This document shows positions 34,285 to 45,574 of a DNA stretch of 64,000 nt, one piece after another; position 1 is the first letter of the stretch; each line of letters opens with the position of its first letter. This DNA comes from Alphaproteobacteria bacterium (GTDB taxonomy: Bacteria; Pseudomonadota; Alphaproteobacteria; UBA828), in NCBI GenBank assembly GCA_965220745.1, contig CBDCQT010000005.1:192001-256000 (forward strand), written 5' to 3'. A program made the translations under genes and the position numbers. The notes below the pieces were generated by a model that ran no database searches, was not told the origin of the DNA, and saw nothing but the letters and a program-made list of their open reading frames with translations.

Positions 34285-35010
34285 CTACAAGCCGCTGCTC
34301 TGAGAAGGCACCCTGTAGGCCAGCGCGGCGGCGAAATGGGGCTCTCCCAGGTCCAGGAGCCGCCATTCGCTCTCCGGCGCGTGCGGAAAGCGAAACGAAC
34401 CCGTCCAGTCGCCCCGCTGCATCGCCTCCGGGATTTCGAATCGCGACGGGCTTAGAGAAAATCCGGCGCCGATGGCCTTGATCAGCGCCTCCTTCATGCT
34501 CCACAGGCGATAGAAGAGATGGATCTTTTCCCGACCCGCGGCGGCGGCCAGCAGTCGCCGCTCCGCTGGGCCGTAGACCAGGCTGCCGATGCCTTCCAGG
34601 TCGCGCTGCGCGACGCGCTCCTCCACATCGACGCCGATCCCGCCGTGCGCGGCGATCACGATCAAGCCGTGCCTGCCGCTGTGGCTGACGTTGAAGCCGA
34701 TTTCCACACACGCGCCATTGATCCTGGCGAAGGGTTTACCGTGTTCGCCGTAGCCGAAGGAGAGGGCGCGGTCTTCGCAGCCCAGCCGCTCGCAGAGACT
34801 GACGCGCAGCGCCGCACGGCAGAGGGCGTACTCCCGCCGGGCGCGCTCCGACAGGAAGCGGCGCCAGCGTGCCTCCTCGTCATCGTCTAGCAGCGAAAGG
34901 GCGCGGGCCTCGCGCTCCGCATCCGGCGTGAGGTCCACGTGGAGGATCGTCGCGCCGTCGACCTCGCGCCAGGGACTCCACCAGGGGTTGGCCGATTTCG
35001 TCATCGCCAA
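34285..35010 (-). CDS. Sfp-type 4'-phosphopantetheinyl transferase
   Basis: YGEHGKP, FNVSHSG, IGVDVE, LWSMKEALIKAIGAG. Confidence 0.93.
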   Translation of the reverse strand: MAMTKSANPWWSPWREVDGATILHVDLTPDAEREARALSLLDDDEEARWRRFLSERARREYALCRAALRVSLCERLGCEDRALSFGYGEHGKPFARINGACVEIGFNVSHSGRHGLIVIAAHGGIGVDVEERVAQRDLEGIGSLVYGPAERRLLAAAAGREKIHLFYRLWSMKEALIKAIGAGFSLSPSRFEIPEAMQRGDWTGSFRFPHAPESEWRLLDLGEPHFAAALAYRVPSQSSGL

Positions 35011-35080
35011 AGGCGGTGTCTAGTAGCGGCAGACACCTCCGCCGCCATCGACGGCCGAGGCGTGGCTCGGAAGACTCGTC

Positions 35081-35707
35081 TCAGCCGGCGGGCTCGCCCC
35101 CGTAGAGCCACGGCTGGGCCGCTTTCTGCTTCGCCTCGAAGGCGTCGATCTCGGCGCCCTTGGCCATGGTGATGCCGATGTCGTCGAGCCCGTTCAGCAG
35201 CCGGTGCTTGCGGAAGGGCTCGATCTCGAAGCCGACGGTCTCGCCGTTCGAGCGCGTGACGGTTTGCGCCTCCAGATCGACCGTCATCCGGCAGGTCTGG
35301 GAATTGCTGGCGTCGTCCATCAGCAGGTTCGCATCGTCTTCCGGCAGCGGGATCAGCAGGATCCCGTTCTTGACGCAGTTGTTGAAGAAGATGTCGGCGA
35401 AGCTCGGCGCGATCACGCAACGGATGCCGAAGTCCTCCAGCGCCCAGGGCGCGTGCTCGCGGCTGGAGCCGCAACCGAAGTTCTGGCCCGCGATCAGGAT
35501 GCTGGCCTCGCGCCAGGGCTCCCGGTTGAGGACGAAGTCCGGGAGCTCCTTGTCCTCCATGTCGTAGCGGAAATCGTGGAAGAGGCCCTTGCCGAGTCCG
35601 GCGCGGCTTATCGCCGTGAGGTATTGCTTCGGAATCAGCTGGTCGGTGTCGACGTTGATCATCGGCAGCGCCGCCGCCGGGCCGGAGAGGGTCGTGAATG
35701 TCCGCAT
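35081..35707 (-). CDS. leuD: 3-isopropylmalate dehydratase small subunit
   Basis: [48 protein letters not shown]. Confidence 0.93.
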   Translation of the reverse strand: MRTFTTLSGPAAALPMINVDTDQLIPKQYLTAISRAGLGKGLFHDFRYDMEDKELPDFVLNREPWREASILIAGQNFGCGSSREHAPWALEDFGIRCVIAPSFADIFFNNCVKNGILLIPLPEDDANLLMDDASNSQTCRMTVDLEAQTVTRSNGETVGFEIEPFRKHRLLNGLDDIGITMAKGAEIDAFEAKQKAAQPWLYGGEPAG

Positions 35708-35719
35708 GACCGGCCCTCC

Positions 35720-37138
<1,419 letters not shown>

Positions 37139-37169
37139 CGGTGTCCTCCCGCGGCGATGGCCGGCGTGC

Positions 37170-37586
37170 TCAGTCCTCGGACGCGGCGGTCTCCTCCGCC
37201 TTGGCGGTGGCCTTCTTCGCGCCGCGATCGTCGCGCTTCTCCCGGATGCGCGCCGACTTGCCGCGCCGGCCGCGCAGGTAATAGAGCTTGGCACGGCGCA
37301 CCGCCCCCCGCTTCACCACCTCGATCTGCGCGATGCGCGGCGAATGCAGCGGGAAGACCCGCTCCACCCCCTCGCCGTAGGAAATCTTGCGGACGGTGAA
37401 GGAGGAGTTGAGGCTGCGGTTTCGCCGGGCAATGCAGACGCCCTCGAACACCTGCACCCGCTCGCGCGAGCCTTCCACCACCTTGACGTGGACGCGGAGG
37501 GTGTCGCCGGGGCCAAAGGTCGGAACCTCCCGCTCTTCCTGGAGCTTCTCCACGGCCTCGGCATTCAACTGCTCGATCATGTTCAC
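37170..37586 (-). CDS. rplS: 50S ribosomal protein L19
   Basis: [40 protein letters not shown]. Confidence 0.98.
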   Translation of the reverse strand: MNMIEQLNAEAVEKLQEEREVPTFGPGDTLRVHVKVVEGSRERVQVFEGVCIARRNRSLNSSFTVRKISYGEGVERVFPLHSPRIAQIEVVKRGAVRRAKLYYLRGRRGKSARIREKRDDRGAKKATAKAEETAASED

Positions 37587-37613
37587 GGCACTATCCTCGC
37601 GATCTCAGGCGCG

Positions 37614-38351
37614 TTATCGACGCGCCTGGTGGCGCGCCCACAGGTCGGCGCGCCGCGTTCTGGTCACATGTTCCGCCTGGGCACGGCGCCAAGCGTCGAT
37701 GGCGGCGTGATCGCCGGAGAGAAGCACCTCCGGCACCGCACGGCCTTCGAAAAGGCGGGGGCGGGTGTACTGCGGATATTCCAGCAGGTCGTCCTCAAAA
37801 CTCTCCTCGACCAGTGACGAGGGCCGGCCGACCACGCCAGGCAGCAGGCGCACGCAAGCGTCGATCACCGCCATTGCCGCGATCTCCCCGCCCGACAGGA
37901 CGTAGTCGCCGACGCTGAGCTCGGCAACGCCTCGGCCTTCCAGCACACGCTCGTCGACTCCTTCGAAACGGCCGCAAATCAGCATCACGCCGGGGCCGTC
38001 CGCCAATGCCTTCACCTGCTCCTGGGTCAGCGGGGCACCGCGCGGCGAGAGCAGGAAGCGCGGTGCGCCACCCTCCGCCGGCCCAACCGAATCGATGGCC
38101 GCTGCCAGGACATCGGGGCGCATGACCATACCCGCCCCTCCGCCGAACGGGTGATCGTCGACGGTGCCGTGTTTATCGCGCGCGAAGCGGCGGATGTCCA
38201 CCGTTTCCAGCCGCCAAAGGCCGGAATCGAGGCCGCGGCCGGCGAGCGCGGCCCCAAGCGGCCCGGGAAAGACCTCGGGATAGAGGGTGAGCACGTGGAC
38301 GCTCCAGGGCCGGGCACCCGATCGCCCGCTTTCGTGCCGGGCCTCGGTCAC
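37614..38351 (-). CDS. trmD: tRNA (guanine37-N1)-methyltransferase
   Basis: [50 protein letters not shown]. Confidence 0.98.
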   Translation of the reverse strand: MTEARHESGRSGARPWSVHVLTLYPEVFPGPLGAALAGRGLDSGLWRLETVDIRRFARDKHGTVDDHPFGGGAGMVMRPDVLAAAIDSVGPAEGGAPRFLLSPRGAPLTQEQVKALADGPGVMLICGRFEGVDERVLEGRGVAELSVGDYVLSGGEIAAMAVIDACVRLLPGVVGRPSSLVEESFEDDLLEYPQYTRPRLFEGRAVPEVLLSGDHAAIDAWRRAQAEHVTRTRRADLWARHQARR

Positions 38352-38926
38352 GGCCCTTCCTCCGGGGCGGCAACGACCATGCGGCCGGCCTCGATGTCGA
38401 TGGCCGGCACGTGCTCCCGCGTGAAGGGGACGAGGGTAGAGGGCCCGTCGGGCGGCTGAATCTCGACGATGGGCCCGGCGCCGTGGTCGTGAACGGCGCT
38501 CACGCGACCCAAGGCGGTGCCATCCTCGCTTTCCGCCCGGAGGCCGAGGAGATCGACGTGGTAGTACTCCTCGCCCTCGGTCGGCGGCAGTGCCGCCCGC
38601 GGGACGTAGAGGTCCGTGCCGCGCAGCGCCTCTGCCGCGTCGCGGTCGTCAATGCCCTCGACGCGGGCAAGCACGAGGCCCTTCACGTGCCCCGTCACCG
38701 TGACCGTGAGGCGCTGGGTACCGGCCTCGTCGCTGAGTGCGCCGTAAGCGGTGAGGTCGTCCGGATTCGCCGTATGGCTCTTGATGCGCACGATGCCGCG
38801 CACACCATGGGCGCCCACGATGCGCCCGAGACAGACCGTCCCCGCCCGCCGCGTCGCAGCCTCCGCAGGTGCAGCAGCCGCGGCGGGTGCGGCCTCAGCC
38901 CTCGGCCTTCTCTTCGCCCTCGCCAT
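38348..38926 (-). CDS. rimM: 16S rRNA processing protein RimM
   Basis: [36 protein letters not shown]; sits between rpsP and trmD. Confidence 0.95.
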   Translation of the reverse strand: MARAKRRPRAEAAPAAAAAPAEAATRRAGTVCLGRIVGAHGVRGIVRIKSHTANPDDLTAYGALSDEAGTQRLTVTVTGHVKGLVLARVEGIDDRDAAEALRGTDLYVPRAALPPTEGEEYYHVDLLGLRAESEDGTALGRVSAVHDHGAGPIVEIQPPDGPSTLVPFTREHVPAIDIEAGRMVVAAPEEGP

Positions 38927-39467
38927 CGTCTGTGCCGGCCTCCGCCGAGGCGGCCTCCTCAGCGGGCGCCTCTTCGGCAGCGGCGTCCTCGGTAGGCGCG
39001 GCTTCCTCAGCAGGTGCCTCTTCGGCAGCGGCCTCCTCCGGAGCAGCCTCTTCGGCAGCAGCTTCCTCAGGAGGGGCCTCCTCGGCGACGGGTTCCGGGG
39101 GAGTCTCCGCCTCGGCCTCGGCCGCCGCCTTGGCCTTCTCGGCGCGTGCCGCCTGGCGCTCCAGGGCCTTCGCTCTGGGCTGGCCCTTCTGCGGGTTGTT
39201 GCGCTGCGCCGGCATCGGGATGATCTCGGCGGCGCCGAGGAATCGCGCCACGCGATCCGAGGGCAGAGCGCCGACGCCGAGCCAATGGCGAATGCGCTCC
39301 TCGTTAAGGCGCACGCGCTCGGGATGGTCCTTGGGCAGCATCGGGTCGTAGGTCCCGAGCCTTTCCAGGAAGCGGCCGTCGCGCGGGCTGCGGGTGTCGG
39401 CCACGACCACGCGGTAGAACGGGCGCTTCTTGGCGCCAGCGCGGGACAGGCGAATTTTCAGTGACAT
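38895..39467 (-). CDS. rpsP: 30S ribosomal protein S16 with an acidic low-complexity C-terminal extension
   Basis: [40 protein letters not shown]. Confidence 0.97.
   Translation of the reverse strand: MSLKIRLSRAGAKKRPFYRVVVADTRSPRDGRFLERLGTYDPMLPKDHPERVRLNEERIRHWLGVGALPSDRVARFLGAAEIIPMPAQRNNPQKGQPRAKALERQAARAEKAKAAAEAEAETPPEPVAEEAPPEEAAAEEAAPEEAAAEEAPAEEAAPTEDAAAEEAPAEEAASAEAGTDDGEGEEKAEG
38940..39085 (-). repeat. Degenerate ~15-nt tandem repeat encoding (EEA[A/P][A/P])n within rpsP
   Basis: Translation [46 protein letters not shown]. Confidence 0.75.
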
Positions 39468-39500
39468 GCTCTCTCCAGTCTCCTTGTGGGCTACCTGTGA

Positions 39501-40856
39501 TCAGCGGGGCGGCATGATGCCGGGCATCCCGGCCCGCATCAGGCCCTTCTCGCCCAGCTTGCCGGCCCGCTTCATCATGACGTTCATCTGCTTGACCTGC
39601 TTCAGCAGGCGGTTGATGTCCTGCACGGTGGTGCCCGAGCCGCCCGCGATGCGCCGCTTGCGCGAGCTGTTGAGCAGCTTGGGGTTGCTCCGCTCGGCCG
39701 GTGTCATCGAATCGATGATCGCCTGCTGGCGGTCGAGCATCTTGATGTCGACATTGGCCTCGGCGAGCTGGCGCTTGACCTTGCCCACCCCCGGCAGCAT
39801 GCCGAGCAGGCCCTCCATGCCGCCCATCTTGCGGACCTGCTGGATCTGCTTGGACAGGTCGTTGAGGTCGAAGCCGCCTTTCTTGGCCTTGCGGACCAGG
39901 CGCTCGGCCTCGTCCTGCTCGATCGTCTCCTGCGCCCGCTCGACCAGGGAGACCACGTCGCCCATGCCGAGGATGCGCGACGCGATCCGGTCCGGATGGA
40001 AGGGCTCGATGGCGTCGAGCTTCTCGCCGACTCCGATCAGCTTGATGGGGCAGCCGGTGACCGCACGCATGCTGAGCGCGGCACCGCCCCGTCCGTCGCC
40101 GTCGACGCGGGTCAGCGCGATGCCGGTTAGGCCGATCCGCTCGTGGAAGGCGCTGGCGACGTTGACCGCGTCCTGGCCGGTCAGCGCATCGGCGACCAGC
40201 AGGGTCTCCGCCGGCACCGTCACGTCGCGCACGGCGGCGCACTCTGCCATCAGCTCCTCGTCCACGTGGAGCCGGCCGGCGGTATCCAGCAGGACCACGT
40301 CGTGGCCCTCCTGGGCGGCGGACTTCATGGCGCGCCGGGCGATCCCGACCGCGCGCTCGCCGGGGATCACCGGCAGCACATCAACCTCGGCCTGCACTGC
40401 GAGCGTCGCGAGCTGCTCCATGGCCGCAGGCCGACTGGTGTCGAGCGAGGCCATCAGCACCCTCTTCTTGTGGCTCACGCGCAGGAAGAGGCCGAGCTTG
40501 GCCGTCGTGGTGGTCTTGCCCGAGCCCTGCAGGCCCACCATGAGCACGGCGGCAGGCGGGGTGGCCGCAGCAATGCCGATCTCGGCGGTCTCGCCGCCCA
40601 ACATCTCGATCAGGTGATCGTTCACGATCTTGATCACCTGCTGGCCCGGCGCCACGCTCTTCAGCACGTCGGCGCCGACCGCCTTCTCGCTGACGGCCGC
40701 GATGAAGTCCTTAACGACGGGCAGCGCGACATCGGCCTCGAGCAGGGCGATGCGCACGTCGCGGAGTGCGGCGCTCACGTCCGCCTCGCTCAGCGCGCCG
40801 CGCCGCGTCAGCGTCTCGAAGACCCCGTTCAGCCTGCCGGACAGACTATCGAACAC
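39501..40856 (-). CDS. ffh: Signal recognition particle protein
   Basis: ALLEADVAL, GLQGSGKTTT, DTAGRL, DGDGRGGAALS, FHPDRIASRILGMGD, Met-rich M domain; GTG start assumed. Confidence 0.97.
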   Translation of the reverse strand: MFDSLSGRLNGVFETLTRRGALSEADVSAALRDVRIALLEADVALPVVKDFIAAVSEKAVGADVLKSVAPGQQVIKIVNDHLIEMLGGETAEIGIAAATPPAAVLMVGLQGSGKTTTTAKLGLFLRVSHKKRVLMASLDTSRPAAMEQLATLAVQAEVDVLPVIPGERAVGIARRAMKSAAQEGHDVVLLDTAGRLHVDEELMAECAAVRDVTVPAETLLVADALTGQDAVNVASAFHERIGLTGIALTRVDGDGRGGAALSMRAVTGCPIKLIGVGEKLDAIEPFHPDRIASRILGMGDVVSLVERAQETIEQDEAERLVRKAKKGGFDLNDLSKQIQQVRKMGGMEGLLGMLPGVGKVKRQLAEANVDIKMLDRQQAIIDSMTPAERSNPKLLNSSRKRRIAGGSGTTVQDINRLLKQVKQMNVMMKRAGKLGEKGLMRAGMPGIMPPR

Positions 40857-40990
40857 GCCGTTCTCCCGCTCCAACCGTCGTCGCGCCGGCGCGCGACACT
40901 CGCGGACCGGCGTCCCTCCTCGAAGGGTGGCCTGTTACAACCTCTCGAAGCGCGCGGACCCTAAGCCCGCGCTCGCACCGGGTCAAGGCG

Positions 40991-41866
40991 CTACGCTGGC
41001 CCGGACCAACCGCGAACCTCAGCGCTCTCATTGTCGGTCGCGCTCGGATTCCATGTCACCGGCGCGCCTAGCGGCGAGTCGGCGGAGTCCGCTTGCCCGT
41101 GGGTCACGCGATCGAAGACCTCGCGGTAGTTCGGATGCTCCGTGCCGGCCAGACGATCCCACCAGGTGAAATAGAGGCCGTAATTGTAGCCCCTGGAGCT
41201 GTGATGAAGGTCGTGATGGGTGTTCGTGGTCAAGACACCGAGCACCGCATGCGCCGGCACGCCCCGCGGAAACAGCTCGAAGCCGCTGTGGCCGATGACG
41301 TTGCGGGCGATCATGTGAAGCATGAAGAGGTATATGACCGTGACGTGCAGCGGCAGGACAAAGATCAGGATTGTCAGGAAGATCGCCTGAATCACGGCCT
41401 CCGCGGGCGCGAAGGCGTAAGCCGCCCAGGGCGACGGGCTGTGCGATTCATGATGCAGCCGGTGGAACCGATCGAACAGGCGCGGATGGTGCATCAGGCG
41501 ATGCGTCCAATAGAAATAGGCATCGTGAAGCACGATGGTCACCGCCAGACTGAAGAGGCCGTAGAGCCAGCCGTAATCCGCGAAGTCCGTGTAAATCAGC
41601 GTCCAGCCGTTCGCCATCGAGACGTAGATGAAGACGCCGTTGAGCGCGAAGATAAACGCCGTGAAAAGCGAATAGATTACCTCGCGCCGGATCGCGTGGG
41701 ACGGTGCGAAGCCAGGCTGGATCTTGCGCCCGCGGAAGGGATTACCCTTCCAGACCCAGAGAGCGAGAAACGCGCCGCTCGCCGGAACGACGATGAGCAG
41801 AACGTGCACACCGAGAATCGTGGGCCACACCGGCCAGGCCGCGATCAGGTCGTCGAAAGCGGCCAT
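40991..41866 (-). CDS. Sterol desaturase / fatty acid hydroxylase superfamily protein
   Basis: His boxes HDAYFYWTHRLMH, HRLHHES, GHSG and HHDLHH; NYGLYFTWWDRL.GT. Confidence 0.9.
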   Translation of the reverse strand: MAAFDDLIAAWPVWPTILGVHVLLIVVPASGAFLALWVWKGNPFRGRKIQPGFAPSHAIRREVIYSLFTAFIFALNGVFIYVSMANGWTLIYTDFADYGWLYGLFSLAVTIVLHDAYFYWTHRLMHHPRLFDRFHRLHHESHSPSPWAAYAFAPAEAVIQAIFLTILIFVLPLHVTVIYLFMLHMIARNVIGHSGFELFPRGVPAHAVLGVLTTNTHHDLHHSSRGYNYGLYFTWWDRLAGTEHPNYREVFDRVTHGQADSADSPLGAPVTWNPSATDNESAEVRGWSGPA

Positions 41867-42017
41867 GACTGTCCTGCTTCTTTGAGTATGGAAACCGCGT
41901 CGTGCGGCACGGGCGGCGGACGTGCCTTCCCCGGTGACGAGGTTGGCCGGCGGAACCTTAGCCTACGCGGCGACGGTTAGCCATGCGACGACAACGAGGG
42001 TGACTCTCCAGGCTGCT

Positions 42018-42878
42018 TCACGCGCCCAGGAAGAGCCGGCCGACCTCCGGGTCTTCGAGGAGGGCGTCGCCGGGGCCGGCCATGGCGAGCCGGCCCGAGA
42101 CGAGCACGTAGCCGATATCGGCGAACTCCAGCCCCTTCTTGGCGTTCTGCTCCACCATCACGATGGTCTTGCCGTCGCGGCGCTGCAGGTCGGCCAGAAT
42201 CTCGAAAACCATGTCGATGAAGCGGGGCTCCAGCCCGATGGAGGGCTCGTCCACCAGCAGCACGTCCGGCTCCATGATCAGCGCGCGCGAGATTTCGAGC
42301 AGCCGGCGCTCGCCGCCGGAGAGCACGCCGGCCCTGCGGTGACGGCGCTGGGCGAGCCTCTCGTAGCGGTCGAACACGCGCTCGGCTGCCCGCCTGGCGG
42401 CGCTCCGCCGGTCGAGCAGGAAACCTCCCATCAGCAGGTTTTCTTCGACCGTCATGTCGGGGAAAACGGAGTTGTCCTGCAGCACGTAGGCCACGCCCGC
42501 GTCGGAGAGGCGGCGGCTGGAAGCGAGGCGGGTGACGTCCTTCGAGCCCACCTGGATGCTGCCGGCCATCACGTCGGAGAAGCCGAAGACGGCGTGGAGC
42601 ACGGTGGACTTGCCGGCGCCGTTGGGTCCGATAAGGCAGAGCGACTGGCCCCGCCCGGCCACGAGGTCGATGCCGTGGAGGATCTCCATGCGGCCGTAGC
42701 CCGCGCGCAAGCCTCGGATGTCGATGGCGGGCTCGCCCTCGACGAGCGCCTGCAGGTCTTCCCGCGACGGCCCTTCGCCGGCGAACTCGCGCGCGGCCTC
42801 CTCCACCGCGTCCACCGAAAGCGCGGTCTCGAAGTCCATCGCCACGTCGGTGCCGGGGCCGGGCGGCGTCACGGCCAT
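42018..42878 (-). CDS. Branched-chain amino acid-type ABC transporter ATPase (LivF-like)
   Basis: GPNGAGKST, LSGGERR, LLVDEPSIGL, MVEQN. Confidence 0.92.
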   Translation of the reverse strand: MAVTPPGPGTDVAMDFETALSVDAVEEAAREFAGEGPSREDLQALVEGEPAIDIRGLRAGYGRMEILHGIDLVAGRGQSLCLIGPNGAGKSTVLHAVFGFSDVMAGSIQVGSKDVTRLASSRRLSDAGVAYVLQDNSVFPDMTVEENLLMGGFLLDRRSAARRAAERVFDRYERLAQRRHRRAGVLSGGERRLLEISRALIMEPDVLLVDEPSIGLEPRFIDMVFEILADLQRRDGKTIVMVEQNAKKGLEFADIGYVLVSGRLAMAGPGDALLEDPEVGRLFLGA

Positions 42879-43621
42879 CAGCGCGCCCCCAGGTAGGCGT
42901 CGATCACGCGCTGATCATTGCGCAGCGCCTCGGGCGGGCCGCTGGCGAGCAGCCGGCCGTGGGCCAGGCAATGGATGTGCTCGGCCAGGCTCATGATGAC
43001 GCGCATGTTGTGCTCGATGACGAAGAGCGTGACGCCGAACTCCCGATTGGCGCGCTGCAGGCGCTCGATCACGCCGTTGATCAGCGTCGGGTTGATGCCG
43101 GCCGTCGGCTCGTCGAGCAGCAGCATGCGCGGGCGCACCATCAGCGCCATCGCGAGCTCCAGCAGCTTGCGCTGGCCGAAGGAGAGCTCGCCCGCCATCA
43201 GGTGGCGCTTGCCGTAGAGGCCGCAGAAGGCGAGCAGGGCTTCGGCCCGCTCGCGGGTCTCGGCGGAGACCGGCCGCATAAGCTTGAAGAGGCCGTGCCC
43301 CGCTTCGGCATCGCTGATCGCCATGTTCTGCAGGCCGGTCATCCGCACGAAGACATGGGTCTGCTGGAAGGTGCGGATCAGCCCGAGGCGCGCGATCTCG
43401 GCCGTGCGCAGGCGCGTGATCTCACGCCCCTCGAAGCGGATCGAGCCGCCATCCACCGGGTGATAGCCGACGATGGAGTTGAACAGCGTCGACTTGCCCG
43501 AGCCGTTCGGCCCGATCAGGCCGATCACTCGACCCTCCGGCACCTCCAGCGAGATATCCTCGTTGGCGGTGATTCCGCCGAAGTGCTTGGTGGCGCCCTG
43601 GATCCTAAGCTGCGCGCTCAT
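42878..43621 (-). CDS. Branched-chain amino acid-type ABC transporter ATPase (LivG-like)
   Basis: KHFGGI, GPNGSGKST, LSFGQRK, LLDEPTAG, IEHNM, VIDAYLG; ATG 43621. Confidence 0.92.
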   Translation of the reverse strand: MSAQLRIQGATKHFGGITANEDISLEVPEGRVIGLIGPNGSGKSTLFNSIVGYHPVDGGSIRFEGREITRLRTAEIARLGLIRTFQQTHVFVRMTGLQNMAISDAEAGHGLFKLMRPVSAETRERAEALLAFCGLYGKRHLMAGELSFGQRKLLELAMALMVRPRMLLLDEPTAGINPTLINGVIERLQRANREFGVTLFVIEHNMRVIMSLAEHIHCLAHGRLLASGPPEALRNDQRVIDAYLGAR

Positions 43622-44592
43622 GCCCGCTCGCTCCCGCCCTCGTGAGGTTCGTGGCGTTCGGGCCAGCGGGTCTGCGCCCAGCCGAGGATCCCTTGCGGGA
43701 AGAACACCACGATGGCGACGATGATCACGCCCAGCGCCACCCGCTGCCAGCCGAGCAGGTGGGTCCAGAGCAGCTCCTGGGTGATGTGGAAGATGACGGC
43801 GCCAAGCACCGGGCCCCAGAGCGTGCCCTTGCCGCCCAGGATCGCCATCAGCACCATCCAGACACCGAAGGTGGCGCCGGCGAAGGCGGTATCGCGCGGG
43901 TCGACGAAGCCCAGCATGTTGCCCATGGCGCCGCCCACCAGCCCCAGCACGAAGGCCGCCATGGTCCAGGCCGTGACCTTGTAGACGCCGGTGTGGAGCC
44001 CCATGGCCTCGGCCTTGTCCTCGTTGTCGCGAATGGCGTTGAGGGCGAGGGCGAAGCGGGTCCGGTAGAGCACGGCAAGCGCCGCGAAGACGAGTGCCGC
44101 CAGGCCGAAGTAGAGATAGGCGAAGAAGAGGTTGGCGGTCGCCGGCGCCGCCGGGAAGAGCGGCGGCGAGAGCCCTGAGCCCGCGCCCAGGTAGTCCCAT
44201 CCGCCCGCGATCTCGCCGGCGGCGATGCCGAGGCCGAGCGTCGCGATGGCGAAGTAGTGCCCCCGCATGCGCAGGATCATCGAGCCCAGCAGCACGGCGA
44301 GAGCGGCGGCGATGCCTGCGCCCGTGACCATGCCGAGCACGAGGCCGGGGAAGTAGTCGAGGCCTGCGTCCCGCTGCACCACGACCGAGGCGTACATGCC
44401 GACGCCGAAGAAGAGGATGTTGCCGAAGCTGTTGTAGCCGGTCTGGCCGCCGGTGATGTCCCAGGTCTGGGCCATGATGACCAGCGCCCAGAGCATCGCG
44501 ATCTGTGCCCGGTAGTCGGGGATCACGAAAGGGAGCGCGACGCCCGCAGCTGCGACGGCCAGCATGAGCAGCGGCTGGCGGCGGAGCGTCAC
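43618..44592 (-). CDS. ABC transporter permease (LivM-like)
   Basis: GQTGYNSFG, LRMRGHYFAIATL, AIRDNEDKAEAMG, ILGGKGTLWGPVLGA; GTG start overlaps the upstream stop. Confidence 0.9.
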   Translation of the reverse strand: MTLRRQPLLMLAVAAAGVALPFVIPDYRAQIAMLWALVIMAQTWDITGGQTGYNSFGNILFFGVGMYASVVVQRDAGLDYFPGLVLGMVTGAGIAAALAVLLGSMILRMRGHYFAIATLGLGIAAGEIAGGWDYLGAGSGLSPPLFPAAPATANLFFAYLYFGLAALVFAALAVLYRTRFALALNAIRDNEDKAEAMGLHTGVYKVTAWTMAAFVLGLVGGAMGNMLGFVDPRDTAFAGATFGVWMVLMAILGGKGTLWGPVLGAVIFHITQELLWTHLLGWQRVALGVIIVAIVVFFPQGILGWAQTRWPERHEPHEGGSERA

Positions 44593-45491
44593 TTGAGGAA
44601 CTGCCTGCGCCGTTGCAGCAAAGAGCTGCGGATGACGAGGATCACCACCAGGAGGATGAAGACGAAGGCCACCTGATACTGCACGCCGAGGATGAAGCCT
44701 GCGAAGTTCTCTGCCGCGCCGAGGCCCAGGCCCGCCACGATCACGCCGGGCAGATTGCCGAGCCCGGCCACGATCACGATCATGAAGGAGCGCACGGTGT
44801 AGGGCAGCCCGATGTAGGGGTGCACCGAGTAGGCCATCACCACCAGCGCGCCGGCAGCGCCGCAGAGCGCGGCATTGATGCCGTAGGTGGCGGCGAAGAC
44901 GCGGTTGGTGTCGATGCCCAGAATGCGCGCGGCGCGAGGGTTCTGCGCGGTGGCGCGGATCGCCTGTCCGATCCTGCTCTTCTTGAGGAAGAGGATCAGC
45001 ACGGCCCCGATGACGATGGCGCCACCGCAGGCTGCGGCTTTCATCTGCGAGACCGTCACCGTGTAGTCGAGCAGGAACCACGTGCCGAGCCCCGACTGGG
45101 CCGTCCTCACGTCGCCGCCCCAGATCTGGTTCATCAGCTGCTGCAGCAGGATGGAGAGCCCGAAGGTCGCCAGCAGCGAGATGAACATGTCGCGGTCCGC
45201 CACGCGCCGGATCACGACGTGATGCAAGCCGGCGCCGATGAAATAGAGGACGATGGCTGCCACCGGCACGCCCCAGAGCGGGCTCACGCCCCAGAGCGTG
45301 AGCTGGTACGTGATGAAGCCGCCCAGCATGACGAACTCGCCCTGGACGACGTTGATGACGTTCATCACGCCCCAGACCAGCGCCATGCCGTAAGCCGCGA
45401 CGGCGAAGATCGCGCCGACCATCAACCCGTCCAGCAGGAGCTGGAGGATGAGGAACGGCGCGTCCCCCAGGAGCGCGACGTTTGCTGCCAT
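44589..45491 (-). CDS. ABC transporter permease (LivH-like)
   Basis: GMALVWGVMNVIN.VQGEF.MLG, IGQAIRATAQN, VAGLGNLPG. Confidence 0.9.
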   Translation of the reverse strand: MAANVALLGDAPFLILQLLLDGLMVGAIFAVAAYGMALVWGVMNVINVVQGEFVMLGGFITYQLTLWGVSPLWGVPVAAIVLYFIGAGLHHVVIRRVADRDMFISLLATFGLSILLQQLMNQIWGGDVRTAQSGLGTWFLLDYTVTVSQMKAAACGGAIVIGAVLILFLKKSRIGQAIRATAQNPRAARILGIDTNRVFAATYGINAALCGAAGALVVMAYSVHPYIGLPYTVRSFMIVIVAGLGNLPGVIVAGLGLGAAENFAGFILGVQYQVAFVFILLVVILVIRSSLLQRRRQFLK

Positions 45492-45574
45492 GTCTATCCG
45501 GCCGGGGTGGGTCTCACGGCCGTGAGAGCTAGCGGATCAGGCCTCCGCACACCAGAGATGCGCGCGGGCCGCGC

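Noticed and set aside
38940-39085. Repeat tract as a possible CRISPR array
   Set aside because: It is a coding, degenerate 15-nt repeat without spacers. No cas genes or arrays were seen anywhere in the window.
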